Positions 1 to 9,760 of a DNA stretch of 64,000 nt are shown piece after piece. Source of the DNA: Candidatus Bathyarchaeota archaeon. GTDB taxonomy: Archaea > Thermoproteota > Bathyarchaeia > 40CM-2-53-6 > RBG-13-38-9. Under the pieces are notes generated by a model that saw only the letters and a list, made by a program, of their open reading frames with translations, made no database searches and was not told the DNA's origin. Location of the stretch: assembly GCA_963807605.1 (NCBI GenBank), contig CAWECG010000003.1:224001-288000 (forward strand), given 5' to 3'. The translations under genes were made by a program, and so were the position numbers. Within the stretch, counting starts at the first letter, position 1. Every line of letters starts with the position of its first letter.

Positions 1-458
1 CCAGCCAAGTTCCTACCCGCCACCATAGCCCGCTCAAATATCGAAAAGACATTGTTGACGGCCTGGCCTGTTCTGATGTCCATGCCTGGCTGCCCACCTA
101 TATCGAGGAAGGGGGTTTGAGGTTTGATCTTTGAGCCGGCGTCAACAATGACAACAGGTATCATGGACATATTAATTGCGGCTTTCGTGATTAGGGCGGG
201 TGTCGGTATCCCCTCGGGGGTAACAGGCACACCGTCGATACATCTGCACCTGCCGTAGTACAGATACTCCACATCTGCGGGCGGGGTGTAGTCTGTGAGT
301 TCGGGATCTTTTCCCGCCGCGGATATTCCTTTGATCTTAGCTGTCTCTGTCGTCGCGATGGTGCAGATAAAAATTGGATCCTTGCCTTCTATTCTCTTGA
401 GGAAACTCTCTGCCTTTGATGGCTCGAAAGCCTTCAATATGTCAGGGGATTCAACCAT
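1..458 (-). CDS. cobT: Archaeal nicotinate-nucleotide:dimethylbenzimidazole phosphoribosyltransferase (5' part, runs off the window)
   Basis: Manual translation from ATG at 458: MVESPDILKAF...FICTIATTETAKIKGISAAG...YTPPADVEYL...GIPTPALITKA, typical of archaeal CobT; follows cbiB. Confidence 0.85.
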   Translation of the reverse strand, partial: MVESPDILKAFEPSKAESFLKRIEGKDPIFICTIATTETAKIKGISAAGKDPELTDYTPPADVEYLYYGRCRCIDGVPVTPEGIPTPALITKAAINMSMIPVVIVDAGSKIKPQTPFLDIGGQPGMDIRTGQAVNNVFSIFERAMVAGRNLA

Positions 459-467
459 CTTCTCAAC

Positions 468-1433
468 CTAATGTAATTGGATTATCACAATTGAAATTGT
501 CAAGGTCAAGGCAAGGAAGAGCGAGGTCGTGAGTCTCATGATTCCGATGGCGGGCTGGATATCTATGTGAGACGGCATACTGAGTCCTTCGCCCAACTGG
601 TAGGAGTTCACTTTCTCCAACCTCACTCCCAAGGCGCCAGCCATCGCGGACATAGGATAGCCGGCGTTCAGACTTTCAGTCTTGTCGTGTTCTCTTCTCA
701 TGGTAGAAAGGGAGGACTTCCAATCTCTATGGAGAATTGCTGCTGCCAAGACCATGATCAATGCTGTCAGCCTTGCCGGGACGAAGTTTGCAAGGCTATC
801 GAGTTTGGCGGAGAACCATCCTATCTGGGAATAAACCGTATCTTTGTAACCGATCGTTGAGTCTAGCGTGTTTATTGCACGGAAGGCTATCGCCCCAGGT
901 ACTCCTAAGAGGAAGAAGTAGAAGAGGGGAGAGATTATCCCGTCGACAGTACCTTCTGCCACGGATTCTATTGTTGCAGAGGCACAAAGGCCATCATCAA
1001 GTTGTTTCGTATTACGCCTTACGATCTTGCCCACTGCCTCTCTTGCTGAAACAAGATCTTTGCTTTCCAAAGCTCCTTTGATCGGTTTTGTGTGTAGCTC
1101 CATCGATCTGATGGCGAAAGACGTCTTGAGGATTAAGCCTCCTAGAATTATGTAGCCAAGTTGGCCGAGAAGTCTCCTTGCAACTTCGAGAAGAATGAAT
1201 ACCGATCCCGTAGCAGATAGCAGCACGATCAATGCCAGGATCGAGCCGAAAAACCGGCCACGTGAATTGAACCTGCCGACCTTCTGTCTTAACCACTCAG
1301 TGGTTCTTCCGATTAGGACAGTGGGATGTATGGTCTCTGGAGGCTCGCCTATTACCAAATCGAGTCCAAGGCCAAGAACTAAGATAGAAAGCTGAACGAT
1401 CAGACCTTCTGGGACTAGGTAAAGAATACTCAT
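468..1433 (-). CDS. cbiB: Adenosylcobinamide-phosphate synthase CbiB
   Basis: GEPP..IHPTVLIG, ESVAEGTVDG, INTLDSTIGY, SLNAGYPMSAMAGALG motifs; start moved to ATG 1433, just after the upstream stop. Confidence 0.92.
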   Translation of the reverse strand: MSILYLVPEGLIVQLSILVLGLGLDLVIGEPPETIHPTVLIGRTTEWLRQKVGRFNSRGRFFGSILALIVLLSATGSVFILLEVARRLLGQLGYIILGGLILKTSFAIRSMELHTKPIKGALESKDLVSAREAVGKIVRRNTKQLDDGLCASATIESVAEGTVDGIISPLFYFFLLGVPGAIAFRAINTLDSTIGYKDTVYSQIGWFSAKLDSLANFVPARLTALIMVLAAAILHRDWKSSLSTMRREHDKTESLNAGYPMSAMAGALGVRLEKVNSYQLGEGLSMPSHIDIQPAIGIMRLTTSLFLALTLTISIVIIQLH

Positions 1434-1437
1434 ATCT

Positions 1438-2580
1438 TTACAGCTTCCCTGTCCAGCAGAGGCCCTCGAGAAAATCCAGAAGAATTGTATTCTGCCTTCT
1501 CGTCTTGATTGCCACCCTGATGTGATATTCATCCAGGCCTTTGAATGAGCTACAGTCTCGAATCATGATACCCTTGTTCAGTGAATATTCTGAGATTTGA
1601 CGTGCAGTGAGGCCTGTAGCCTTGGTATCGATCAGTAAGAAATTGACCTTCGAATCGTGGATTCTCAAGCCTGGAGTCGTCCTTAACCGGTTCGTCATGT
1701 AGGTGCGTTCTCTCATTACGAGTTCCCTTACCTCTGTCGCGTACCTGAGATCCTTGAGTGCGACTTCCGCTGCGGCTTGAGCTAGGCAGTTGACATTCCA
1801 AGGTATCTTCGCCTTGCTGAGCACGTCTATTATCTCTGCAGATCCTAAGCCATACCCTATTCTAAGCCCGGGCAAGCCATGAAATTTTGTGAGACTCCGA
1901 AGAACAAAGAGGTTGTCATTCTTCCTAACCTCGGCAGCCAATGTATAGTCTTCCTGATGTTGAGCGAAATCCATGAATGCTTCATCCACGAAAACTAGAT
2001 CCCTGCGTCCAGCTGCTGACTCGATGATCCTCAACAGATCCACTCGATTGAGCAGAGCCCCTGTCGGATTGTTAGGGTTGCATATGAATACTGGACGATC
2101 CTTGTCTACCAGTTTCAGGACTGTCTGAAGATCGGTGGTCAAGTCATCTTTGGGCGTGATGTCCCTGATCCTTCCCCCTGACTTCTGTACTGCTCGTTCG
2201 TATTCGCTGAAGGTGGGGATCGGTATTATGGCGGTTGTTCTCTCTTGTACGAATACTTTGGCGAAGAGGTCAATAAGCTCGGATGATCCGTTGCCAACGA
2301 TGACGTTCTCAGCAGATAAGCCTTCATATTGCTTGGCAATGATTCGTTTTAGGTTATCCGCATCTGGCTGAGGATAGAGGCTGACTTTCCAGAGATTATT
2401 CTTGATTACGTTCAGAACCTTTTTCGAGGGTCCCAGTGGGCTGATATTTGAGCTGAAGTCCATGAGCCTTCCACGCTTAATGGTGGAGTCGTCTGCCACT
2501 AACCAGACATCTCCGCCATGGGGCTGTGATCTGAGACTCATCAACTCCTTTCTAGATATCTGCGACACCCAACTCAACAA
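1438..2580 (-). CDS. cobD: L-threonine-O-3-phosphate decarboxylase (PLP class I/II, HisC-like)
   Basis: HGG, DFSSNISP, CNPNNPTG, DEAF, RSLTKFHGLPGLRIGY; cob gene context. Confidence 0.85.
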   Translation of the reverse strand: MLSWVSQISRKELMSLRSQPHGGDVWLVADDSTIKRGRLMDFSSNISPLGPSKKVLNVIKNNLWKVSLYPQPDADNLKRIIAKQYEGLSAENVIVGNGSSELIDLFAKVFVQERTTAIIPIPTFSEYERAVQKSGGRIRDITPKDDLTTDLQTVLKLVDKDRPVFICNPNNPTGALLNRVDLLRIIESAAGRRDLVFVDEAFMDFAQHQEDYTLAAEVRKNDNLFVLRSLTKFHGLPGLRIGYGLGSAEIIDVLSKAKIPWNVNCLAQAAAEVALKDLRYATEVRELVMRERTYMTNRLRTTPGLRIHDSKVNFLLIDTKATGLTARQISEYSLNKGIMIRDCSSFKGLDEYHIRVAIKTRRQNTILLDFLEGLCWTGKL

Positions 2581-2589
2581 GAACCATCT

Positions 2590-3804
2590 CTACGCAGCTT
2601 TTCGCCTCTGCTTAATCACCATATCCATAATCTGTGATCCCAGTATTCGACCGAGTCTACCTCTTGCAGCAGCAGATTCACTGTATTCCGTTACATTGTC
2701 AGGCTCGATCTGTCTGCCTGCGATCGTTACTGGGGCTGGGTCGCAGGTATGTCGCCTTAAGATTGTTGAGGATGTGTGATCGGCCATAAGAAGAACCAGC
2801 GTATTGTCAAGTGGAAGAGTATCGAGCAAATCTCCGAGCATCAGGTCGATCTTTTTGATGATCAGGATCTTTGAGGCAACCTCACCGTCATGACTTGCTT
2901 CATCTGGGCCACCGAGGTGGAGCAACACGAAGTCGTGATCTTTGCAGGCTTCGATTGCAGACTTCGTCTTTGCTTCAATGTCTGTATCTATTCCACCGGT
3001 TGCGCCGGCGACCATGGGAACGGTCATTCCGCAAAGTCTGCCGATGCCTCGTGCCAGAGGAGCCCCGGCCACGCAGGCAGCCCTCAACCCGAATCTTGAA
3101 TAGAATGATTCAGGCGAGGATTTTCTGCCTGCGCCCCATGGGATCATAATATTGGCTTGTCTTTTGTTAGAAGATGTTGGTCCTTCAAGTTCTCTTGATA
3201 ATATCTTGTTGCTATGCTCAGTTATCGAGTTGATGATCGCAACAGTTCTTTTTGCAGCAGTTGTCTCTTCCAGTGCATATGCTCTCGACGCTCTCTCACC
3301 CTGCTTCGGTGGAGGTGTGGTTACGTTAGGGGACAATTTCTCTCCTCGAAGTATCATGACGCCTTTGAATCTCCAGGTTACTTTAAGCGATAGATCTACG
3401 CCCCAAGAATCTGAACAGTAAGCACGAAGAGATTCTGTAAATTCTGATCGGTCTGCGTCAGAGGCGTCAACCCTTTCCTTCAATACTCTGAGATCTTTGT
3501 CGACCAATGAAAAATTACATCTGAAGGCCAGATCATTGCCCTCAGGGACCAAGCCAGCTCCTAAAGCTTCTAAGGGACCTCTTGCGATTTTGGTTGAGAG
3601 GTTGGAATAGCCGAGAATGGTCATAATTGCCGCTTCGCTCTCAGCGATGAGGCCTGGGCCCAAGGGGTCAAGGAGACCAGAACTGCCTTGAGAGGCGAGT
3701 CGTGCCATATTGGCGCAACTTGCTATCTCCAGTGGTGTCTGTCCTCCGAGTTCTGGAAGAGGTAGATCTGACATTCCATCTCCGATGATCATGAGGACTG
3801 GCAT
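2590..3804 (-). CDS. ApgM-family alkaline-phosphatase-superfamily enzyme (cofactor-independent phosphoglycerate mutase-like)
   Basis: GDGMSD, GQTPLE, AFRCNF, PDEASHDG and ADH metal-ligand motifs. Confidence 0.85.
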   Translation of the reverse strand: MPVLMIIGDGMSDLPLPELGGQTPLEIASCANMARLASQGSSGLLDPLGPGLIAESEAAIMTILGYSNLSTKIARGPLEALGAGLVPEGNDLAFRCNFSLVDKDLRVLKERVDASDADRSEFTESLRAYCSDSWGVDLSLKVTWRFKGVMILRGEKLSPNVTTPPPKQGERASRAYALEETTAAKRTVAIINSITEHSNKILSRELEGPTSSNKRQANIMIPWGAGRKSSPESFYSRFGLRAACVAGAPLARGIGRLCGMTVPMVAGATGGIDTDIEAKTKSAIEACKDHDFVLLHLGGPDEASHDGEVASKILIIKKIDLMLGDLLDTLPLDNTLVLLMADHTSSTILRRHTCDPAPVTIAGRQIEPDNVTEYSESAAARGRLGRILGSQIMDMVIKQRRKAA

Positions 3805-3889
3805 GGCTTGTCGAAGGCTTATATCGCGGTCGGGTTTAAAAGGTGGCGGGATGGTCCATCCAACTGACGCTTACACAGTCAAGTGCTGA

Positions 3890-4969
3890 GTGAACTTGGA
3901 AGCAATTGAGAGCCAGGGGTTCATATCGAGGTCTTCAAGGTGGAGGCTCATTACTTCAGCGCTTCTTGCACTGCTCCTTGCTGCAATTTTTCTGTCCTTG
4001 ACTGTAGGCTTTTCAAAGTTCTCAGCTGTGAGTGTTTTTAAGGCTCTCCTTCAGTCGATGCCTCTTCTTGGTAAGGCGTTGGGTCTGGCTGGGTCTGACG
4101 AGAAGGAGATGATGATCATCACCGAAATTCGTCTACCGAGGATTCTGGTGGGTGCACTAGCGGGATCGGGGCTTGCACTTGCCGGCGTCATCTTCCAAGG
4201 AATCTTCAGAAACCCTATGGCTGATCCGTACGTTATTGGGGTTTCATCAGGAGCAGCTTTCGGCGCTGCATTAGCGATAGTTATGGGCATAGGTTACTCA
4301 GTATTCGGTATCAACGCGATATCCGTCTTGTCGTTCCTAGCGGCCACCTTGACGGTTTTGGCCGTCTACAACTTAGCCCGGGTTGGGCCGCGTGCTCCGG
4401 TCGTGACTCTTCTGCTCTCAGGGGTTGCGATCAGCATCTTTCTCTCATCACTGGTCTCTCTAATGGAGGTGTTTTCTGGATGGGAATTGCGCAGGCTCGT
4501 TTATTGGATGATGGGAGGATTCACTTACGTTGAGTGGAAGGATGTCTTTTCGATCTTTCCACTCGTCTCTGTAGGAGCAGTTCTGACATACTTCTTCGCG
4601 AGGGATTTGAATGTCATGACTTTAGGCGATGAGGAGGCGCAACACCTTGGAGTCAACGTCGACAGGTCAAGAAAGGTATTGATTGTGGTAGGGTCCCTGA
4701 TGACGGCGGCCGCCGTCTCCGTTGGGGGCCTCATCGCGTTTGTCGGCCTTGTGATACCCCACCTCACCAGGATGCTCGTCGGTCCGGATCATAGGATATT
4801 GATACCTAGCGCGTTCTTCACTGGAGCTATATTCCTGATCTTCTGTGATGCTATTGCAAGAGGTATCTCAAGCTCAGCAGAATTACCTGTTGGCATTGTG
4901 ACAGCGTTGTCCGGAGGGCCATTCTTCATCTACCTGCTTAGGAAGAGCAGGGGAAGGTACACTATGTAA
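3890..4969 (+). CDS. btuC: Cobalamin/iron-chelate ABC transporter permease (FecCD/BtuC)
   Basis: IRLPR, FRNPMADPYVIGVSSGA, FVGLVIPH, ELPVGIVT; next to cob genes. Confidence 0.88.
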   Translation: MNLEAIESQGFISRSSRWRLITSALLALLLAAIFLSLTVGFSKFSAVSVFKALLQSMPLLGKALGLAGSDEKEMMIITEIRLPRILVGALAGSGLALAGVIFQGIFRNPMADPYVIGVSSGAAFGAALAIVMGIGYSVFGINAISVLSFLAATLTVLAVYNLARVGPRAPVVTLLLSGVAISIFLSSLVSLMEVFSGWELRRLVYWMMGGFTYVEWKDVFSIFPLVSVGAVLTYFFARDLNVMTLGDEEAQHLGVNVDRSRKVLIVVGSLMTAAAVSVGGLIAFVGLVIPHLTRMLVGPDHRILIPSAFFTGAIFLIFCDAIARGISSSAELPVGIVTALSGGPFFIYLLRKSRGRYTM

Positions 4970-4981
4970 GAGGGAGCTTGC

Positions 4982-6280
4982 TTGGTCTCTATTGAGATAG
5001 ATGATGTTAGCTTCTCCTACGAGTCGCTCGATGCCCTCAAGAACGTGACATTGGAGGTGAAGCAGGGCGAGTTTATAGGGATAATAGGTCCCAACGGTGC
5101 TGGCAAATCCACTCTGCTGAGCATCATTAGCAGGATCCTCATGCCCAGATCAGGCGCCGTTCTCTTGGAGGATCTTGACATTCAACAGATGAGTCAGAAA
5201 GCCCTAGCCAGAAAGGTTGGATTTGTTGCTCAAGATAGCAATATTCCATTCAGATTCACAGCCCTAGACTTGGTCCTCATGGGGCGGAACCCTTACCTCG
5301 GCAGGTTTGAAATAGAATCTCATCAAGACCTGAAGATCGCGCAAGAGAGCATGAAGAGGACGGCGATATCCCATCTAGCACACAGGGCTGCAACAGAAAT
5401 AAGTGGTGGCGAGAGGCAACGCGTCCTGATAGCTAGAGCCCTGACACAAACCCCTAGGGTGATGTTACTAGATGAGCCGACACTGCATCTGGATGTAAGC
5501 AGTCAGATCGACATAATGGATCTCCTTCAAGATCTCTGTACAAAGAATAATCTGACAGTCGTATCTGTTTTTCATGACTTCAATCTGGCTGCAAGATACT
5601 GTGACCGAATTGTACTAATGAACAAAGGAAGGATCGAGGCAACAGGAACACCAGAGGAGGTTCTAACCAGAGAGAACATCAAGAACGTCTTCGGGATAGA
5701 CGCCCATGTAGGTCGCAACTTCCTGACAGATTCGGTATACGCCATCCCTCTGACAAACAAGAAACCAAAGGATTTGAATAAGGACTGGATCGTCCACCTG
5801 ATCTGTGGTGGCGGGTCAGGCGCCTCCATAATGCGAAGACTCGTGAATGAGGGTTGGGGTGTCACAGCAGGAGTCTTGAATCTCCTGGATACGGACCATG
5901 AGGTTGCCTATTCACTCGGGATCTCGATTGTTCCTGAAGCACCATTCTCGCCCATAACTGAGTCAGCACACAAACAGAATCTGGAGTTCATCAGCAAATC
6001 TGATACGGTATTAGTAACAGACTTCTTGGTGGGACGGGACAACATTATGAACCTCGAGGCCGCCAAGGCATCTGTGCAATCGGGTTTTCCCACAATACTG
6101 ATCAAGAGTCGCTCGATAGTAGATAGAGACTTTACGGGTGGAGCCGGAGCGGCCTTGGTGAGAGTTATGGTGAACTTAGGCGCTAAACGCGTTGAAGATT
6201 TGGAGGAAGCTTTAATCCTGCTTGAGGGTCTTAGGAAGAATCGTTTGAAGAGTTCGGAATATCTTGAGAGAAGCGCTTGA
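4982..6280 (+). CDS. btuD: Cobalamin ABC transporter ATPase with archaeal C-terminal extension
   Basis: GPNGAGKST, ISGGERQR, LLDEPT; extra ~170 aa domain beginning VHLICGGGSG. Confidence 0.85.
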   Translation: MVSIEIDDVSFSYESLDALKNVTLEVKQGEFIGIIGPNGAGKSTLLSIISRILMPRSGAVLLEDLDIQQMSQKALARKVGFVAQDSNIPFRFTALDLVLMGRNPYLGRFEIESHQDLKIAQESMKRTAISHLAHRAATEISGGERQRVLIARALTQTPRVMLLDEPTLHLDVSSQIDIMDLLQDLCTKNNLTVVSVFHDFNLAARYCDRIVLMNKGRIEATGTPEEVLTRENIKNVFGIDAHVGRNFLTDSVYAIPLTNKKPKDLNKDWIVHLICGGGSGASIMRRLVNEGWGVTAGVLNLLDTDHEVAYSLGISIVPEAPFSPITESAHKQNLEFISKSDTVLVTDFLVGRDNIMNLEAAKASVQSGFPTILIKSRSIVDRDFTGGAGAALVRVMVNLGAKRVEDLEEALILLEGLRKNRLKSSEYLERSA

Positions 6281-6893
6281 AATTGAGCGGCTAGAGAAGA
6301 GTATCGCGGCAGGTCCCCAGCCATCCTTCTCAAAGTTTGACATCATGAAGACAATCGAGGTTATGCATAGATCTGGACCACTTGGCAGAAAGAAACTTTC
6401 AAGCATCCTCCACCTAGGAGAAGGCTCGACAAGAACAATCCTGGATCACCTCCAGAGTGCGTCGATGATAGAGAAGACAAGGCATGGCTGTGAACTGACT
6501 GGTAAAGGGAGAAGAATCGCACAAAAAATGACTGCTAAAATAGCTAGACAATTTCAACTACCTGAGAATGTCTTGGTAGCCGGGAAGTTCGCCTACGGAA
6601 TATTGGTCAGAGATTCTGCCTCAAAAGTGACGAATGGAATAGAACAACGTGACGCGGCCGTAAAGGCCGGTGCGAAGAGCGCGACGACTATTGTCTGCAG
6701 AGGAGGACGTTTGGTGATGCCTCCTGAGACCAAACCGATTCCCAAGGAGTGGGATGAACCGTTGCGAGCAATATACGCCAAGTTTGAACCGAAAGAGGAT
6801 GATGTTATCGTAATCAGTGGTGCTGATGACTTGTTCTTGGCAGAGCTAGGCGCTAGGGCTGGCTCATGGATCTTTATTGACGATCAATCCTGA
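6264..6893 (+). CDS. wHTH / DUF4443-like putative regulator
   Basis: GPLGRKKLS..LHLGEGSTRTIL helix-turn-helix; GIEQRDAAVKAGA. Confidence 0.7.
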   Translation: MREALEIERLEKSIAAGPQPSFSKFDIMKTIEVMHRSGPLGRKKLSSILHLGEGSTRTILDHLQSASMIEKTRHGCELTGKGRRIAQKMTAKIARQFQLPENVLVAGKFAYGILVRDSASKVTNGIEQRDAAVKAGAKSATTIVCRGGRLVMPPETKPIPKEWDEPLRAIYAKFEPKEDDVIVISGADDLFLAELGARAGSWIFIDDQS

Positions 6894-6984
6894 GAATCGT
6901 AACACTCAACAGTGTTGTGTAATCAATCCTTTTATCTAGATCTTATGAGCGTAGCAGTGGCTCTTAGAGATGTGAGATTCTATC

Positions 6985-8280
6985 TTGTCTTTGCATGAAA
7001 GTCTTGAGAAAGCTCCCATCACATTCTTCCACTACAGGTTTCTTGGTGTAAGCTGCCTAGCTTGGGCCTTCAACGCAATGGCGGTGTTAGTAATTTCCTT
7101 CGCCGCTCCGCTCATAAGGACTGAGTGGCGTCTCTCCTTGCTGAGCCTTGGATTTCTTTTGACGGCTCACTACGTAGGCATGTTCGTGGGAGCCGCCAGC
7201 GTCGGGTCCCTCGCAGACTATATCGGGAGAAAGACGACAGTGCAGTCTGCGATAGTGCTCTACTCGATCTTTACAGGTCTCTGCGCATTTGCTTGGGACT
7301 TTAACTCACTGATGATCTTACGCTTTCTCGGAGGGCTTGGGACCGGCGGGGTGATGCCAGTCTTGAGTACCTGGATGTCCGAGTATATTCCCACACGAAG
7401 GAGAGGGACCTTTGTCGCCGTTCTTGAGAGTTCTTGGTCTTTCGGTGTACTCTTCATAAGCCTGTTCTCGTTGCTTGTTCTTCCCGCCTATGGTTGGCGA
7501 TCGATCTTTCTTGTGCTCTTCATCAGCGTGGTCTTGGTAGGACTTGTCCAGCGATACATGCCTGAGTCGATTAGGTACCTTGAGGTGAAGGGAAGACTTC
7601 AGCAAGCAAAGAGCATATTACAGGAGTATGCCTTTCCTGAACCTTCCGGACTCGTCAAACCTGAGTCTTCAAAGGTTTCCATCCGGGAGCTCTTCTCAAG
7701 TGCACTCAGACGTAGGACGGTAATGCTCTGGATCTTATGGTTCTGCATAGCTTATGCCTATCACGGGATTTTCATCTGGCTGCCGACAATCCTGAACGAA
7801 CAGGGCTTCACACTGGTAAGAGCCCTATGGTTCACCGTGCTGATAACCTCTCTCCAGATCCCTGGCTACTTGAGCGCAGCCTTCCTGATAGACCGAGTGG
7901 GAAGAAGACCGATACTGGTAAGCTACATGATCATTGCAGGGATAGCGAGTTATCTATTCGGCACCAGTAGGGCCGACTTGTCCATAATCATCTTTGGCGG
8001 GGCAATCTCCTTCTTCAACCTCGGAGCATGGGCGGTCACTTACGCCTATACCCCTGAACTCTACCCTACCAGGATCAGGGGAACAGGGTCAGGGTGGGCA
8101 GGAGCCATAGGTAGGATCGCAACAACAATCGCACCCATCGTTACCGGAATACTTGTCTCTAGCATGGGCATCTTTCAGGTTTTTCTCGGCTTCTTTGCAG
8201 TCCAATTCGTCGCCGCGGCCGCTGTGGCGGCTCTAGGCACCGAGACAGTAGGCAAGACGCTTGAGGAGATCTCAAAATAG
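6985..8280 (+). CDS. MFS transporter (sugar porter/NiaP-like)
   Basis: ADYIGRK, RFLGGLGTGG, PES, DRVGRR, PELYPTRIRGTG, ET.GKTLEEI; about 12 TM segments. Confidence 0.9.
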   Translation: MSLHESLEKAPITFFHYRFLGVSCLAWAFNAMAVLVISFAAPLIRTEWRLSLLSLGFLLTAHYVGMFVGAASVGSLADYIGRKTTVQSAIVLYSIFTGLCAFAWDFNSLMILRFLGGLGTGGVMPVLSTWMSEYIPTRRRGTFVAVLESSWSFGVLFISLFSLLVLPAYGWRSIFLVLFISVVLVGLVQRYMPESIRYLEVKGRLQQAKSILQEYAFPEPSGLVKPESSKVSIRELFSSALRRRTVMLWILWFCIAYAYHGIFIWLPTILNEQGFTLVRALWFTVLITSLQIPGYLSAAFLIDRVGRRPILVSYMIIAGIASYLFGTSRADLSIIIFGGAISFFNLGAWAVTYAYTPELYPTRIRGTGSGWAGAIGRIATTIAPIVTGILVSSMGIFQVFLGFFAVQFVAAAAVAALGTETVGKTLEEISK

Positions 8281-8562
8281 GCGAGACAGGAGGAACCCCC
8301 TCCTAAAGGAGGTAGCTCGCTTAGGCTATCGCTGAACCCCGAGACCGAGATCCTGGTTCAAAGCCATCAAGCGAGAACGAGTGGAGCACACAGTATTCAG
8401 AATAACCGATGATGTCAACGCTGGCGTCATAATTTCAGACGACGAATGCCGGTCTCGTTGGGCAGTTTTTGAATGAGCAGGAATAGTCAGTATCTTCGCT
8501 GTGCTGGAGTCTCTTGAGCGATGGCAAAATAAGGATGCTCACAACCAAAGTTAAGGGAATCA

Positions 8563-9696
8563 ATGCTGGAGGTTGAGAGAAGCGTGGAGAAGGAACTGTC
8601 TGAGGAGGAGTTTGAGTATTACTCAAGACAACTTGCTCTTGTAGACATTGGATACACTGGACAAATGAGGCTGAGAAATTCCAAAGTCTGCATTCTCGGA
8701 TGTGGAGGTATCGGTGTTCCAGGGATGCTCATGCTGACAGCTATGGGTGTCGGCCACGTGAGAATAGTTGATCGTGATATAGTCTCGAAGTCGGACCTTC
8801 ACAGGCAGTACCTCTATGATTCAGAGTCTGTTGGGAGTGTCAAGGTCGAGGTTGCAGCTGAGAAACTCACAAAGCTGAATCCGAATGTGACGATTGAACC
8901 GTTTGCTGAACCGATCATTAAAAGGAATGTCTTAGAGCTCATTGAGGGCATGGATGTCGTTGTGGATGCTCTTGACAGTATGGAGACACGCTACCTTGTG
9001 AATCGAGCTTGTTATGAACGGAAAGTGCCCTATATCTTCGCTGGAGCTATAGAATCGATCGCCAATGCCTCGACGATAATTCCAGGCAAGACACCATGCC
9101 TTGAATGCTTCTTTCCAGGCTTCGAGGATCGTTCTTTACCAAAGTGCTCGCTCGTAGGCGTACACCCAGCGGTCATTGGGATTATATCAAGCGTCCAGGT
9201 CGCTGAGGCTGTGTCGATCCTTACTGGCAAAACGCCTAATCTTGCCGGCAAACTCCTCTTAGTCAGCTTGGCCGATCTCTCCTTTGACAAGGTAGATGTC
9301 GTAAGGCAGGAGAGTTGTCCTGTCTGTGGAACTAAACCGACAGGCTTGCCGAAAAGTATCCCTGAGAGATACTTTGAGGAGGAATGCGCCAGGGACGGAA
9401 GACGTACCTTCGTCTTAACCCCACGGGAGAACGTTGAGATCAATTTGGGGATCGTATCAGATCGACTGAAGAAGAAAGGTGCAGCTGTCAAATCAGAAGG
9501 ACTTCTCGGCGTAACGTTCGATTATTCAGACGCCTTCACTATAAGCCTTCTCAAAAGTGGAACAATGATCGCTCAGGTCTCACCTGCAAAGGTCAAGACA
9601 GACCTAGGAAGAGAGATAATATCTGTCTACAAACTTATCATGGTGAACTGGCTCGGCCTCTCACCCAAGATAATTCCGGACAGTCCAATGGAGTGA
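8563..9696 (+). CDS. ThiF/MoeB/UbaA-family adenylyltransferase
   Basis: YSRQL, GCGGIG, DRD.V..SDLHRQ, PCLEC and CPVC zinc ligands. Confidence 0.88.
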   Translation: MLEVERSVEKELSEEEFEYYSRQLALVDIGYTGQMRLRNSKVCILGCGGIGVPGMLMLTAMGVGHVRIVDRDIVSKSDLHRQYLYDSESVGSVKVEVAAEKLTKLNPNVTIEPFAEPIIKRNVLELIEGMDVVVDALDSMETRYLVNRACYERKVPYIFAGAIESIANASTIIPGKTPCLECFFPGFEDRSLPKCSLVGVHPAVIGIISSVQVAEAVSILTGKTPNLAGKLLLVSLADLSFDKVDVVRQESCPVCGTKPTGLPKSIPERYFEEECARDGRRTFVLTPRENVEINLGIVSDRLKKKGAAVKSEGLLGVTFDYSDAFTISLLKSGTMIAQVSPAKVKTDLGREIISVYKLIMVNWLGLSPKIIPDSPME

Positions 9697-9760
9697 GATG
9701 GGCGTTTCATTTTTAGATCCCTATCCTGAAGACGCACGTGCGCGCAACCTGCGATCCACT

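Noticed and set aside
8281-8560. RNase P RNA (GAGGAA motif)
   Set aside because: No matching 3' P4 strand (ACAGAA...) was found.
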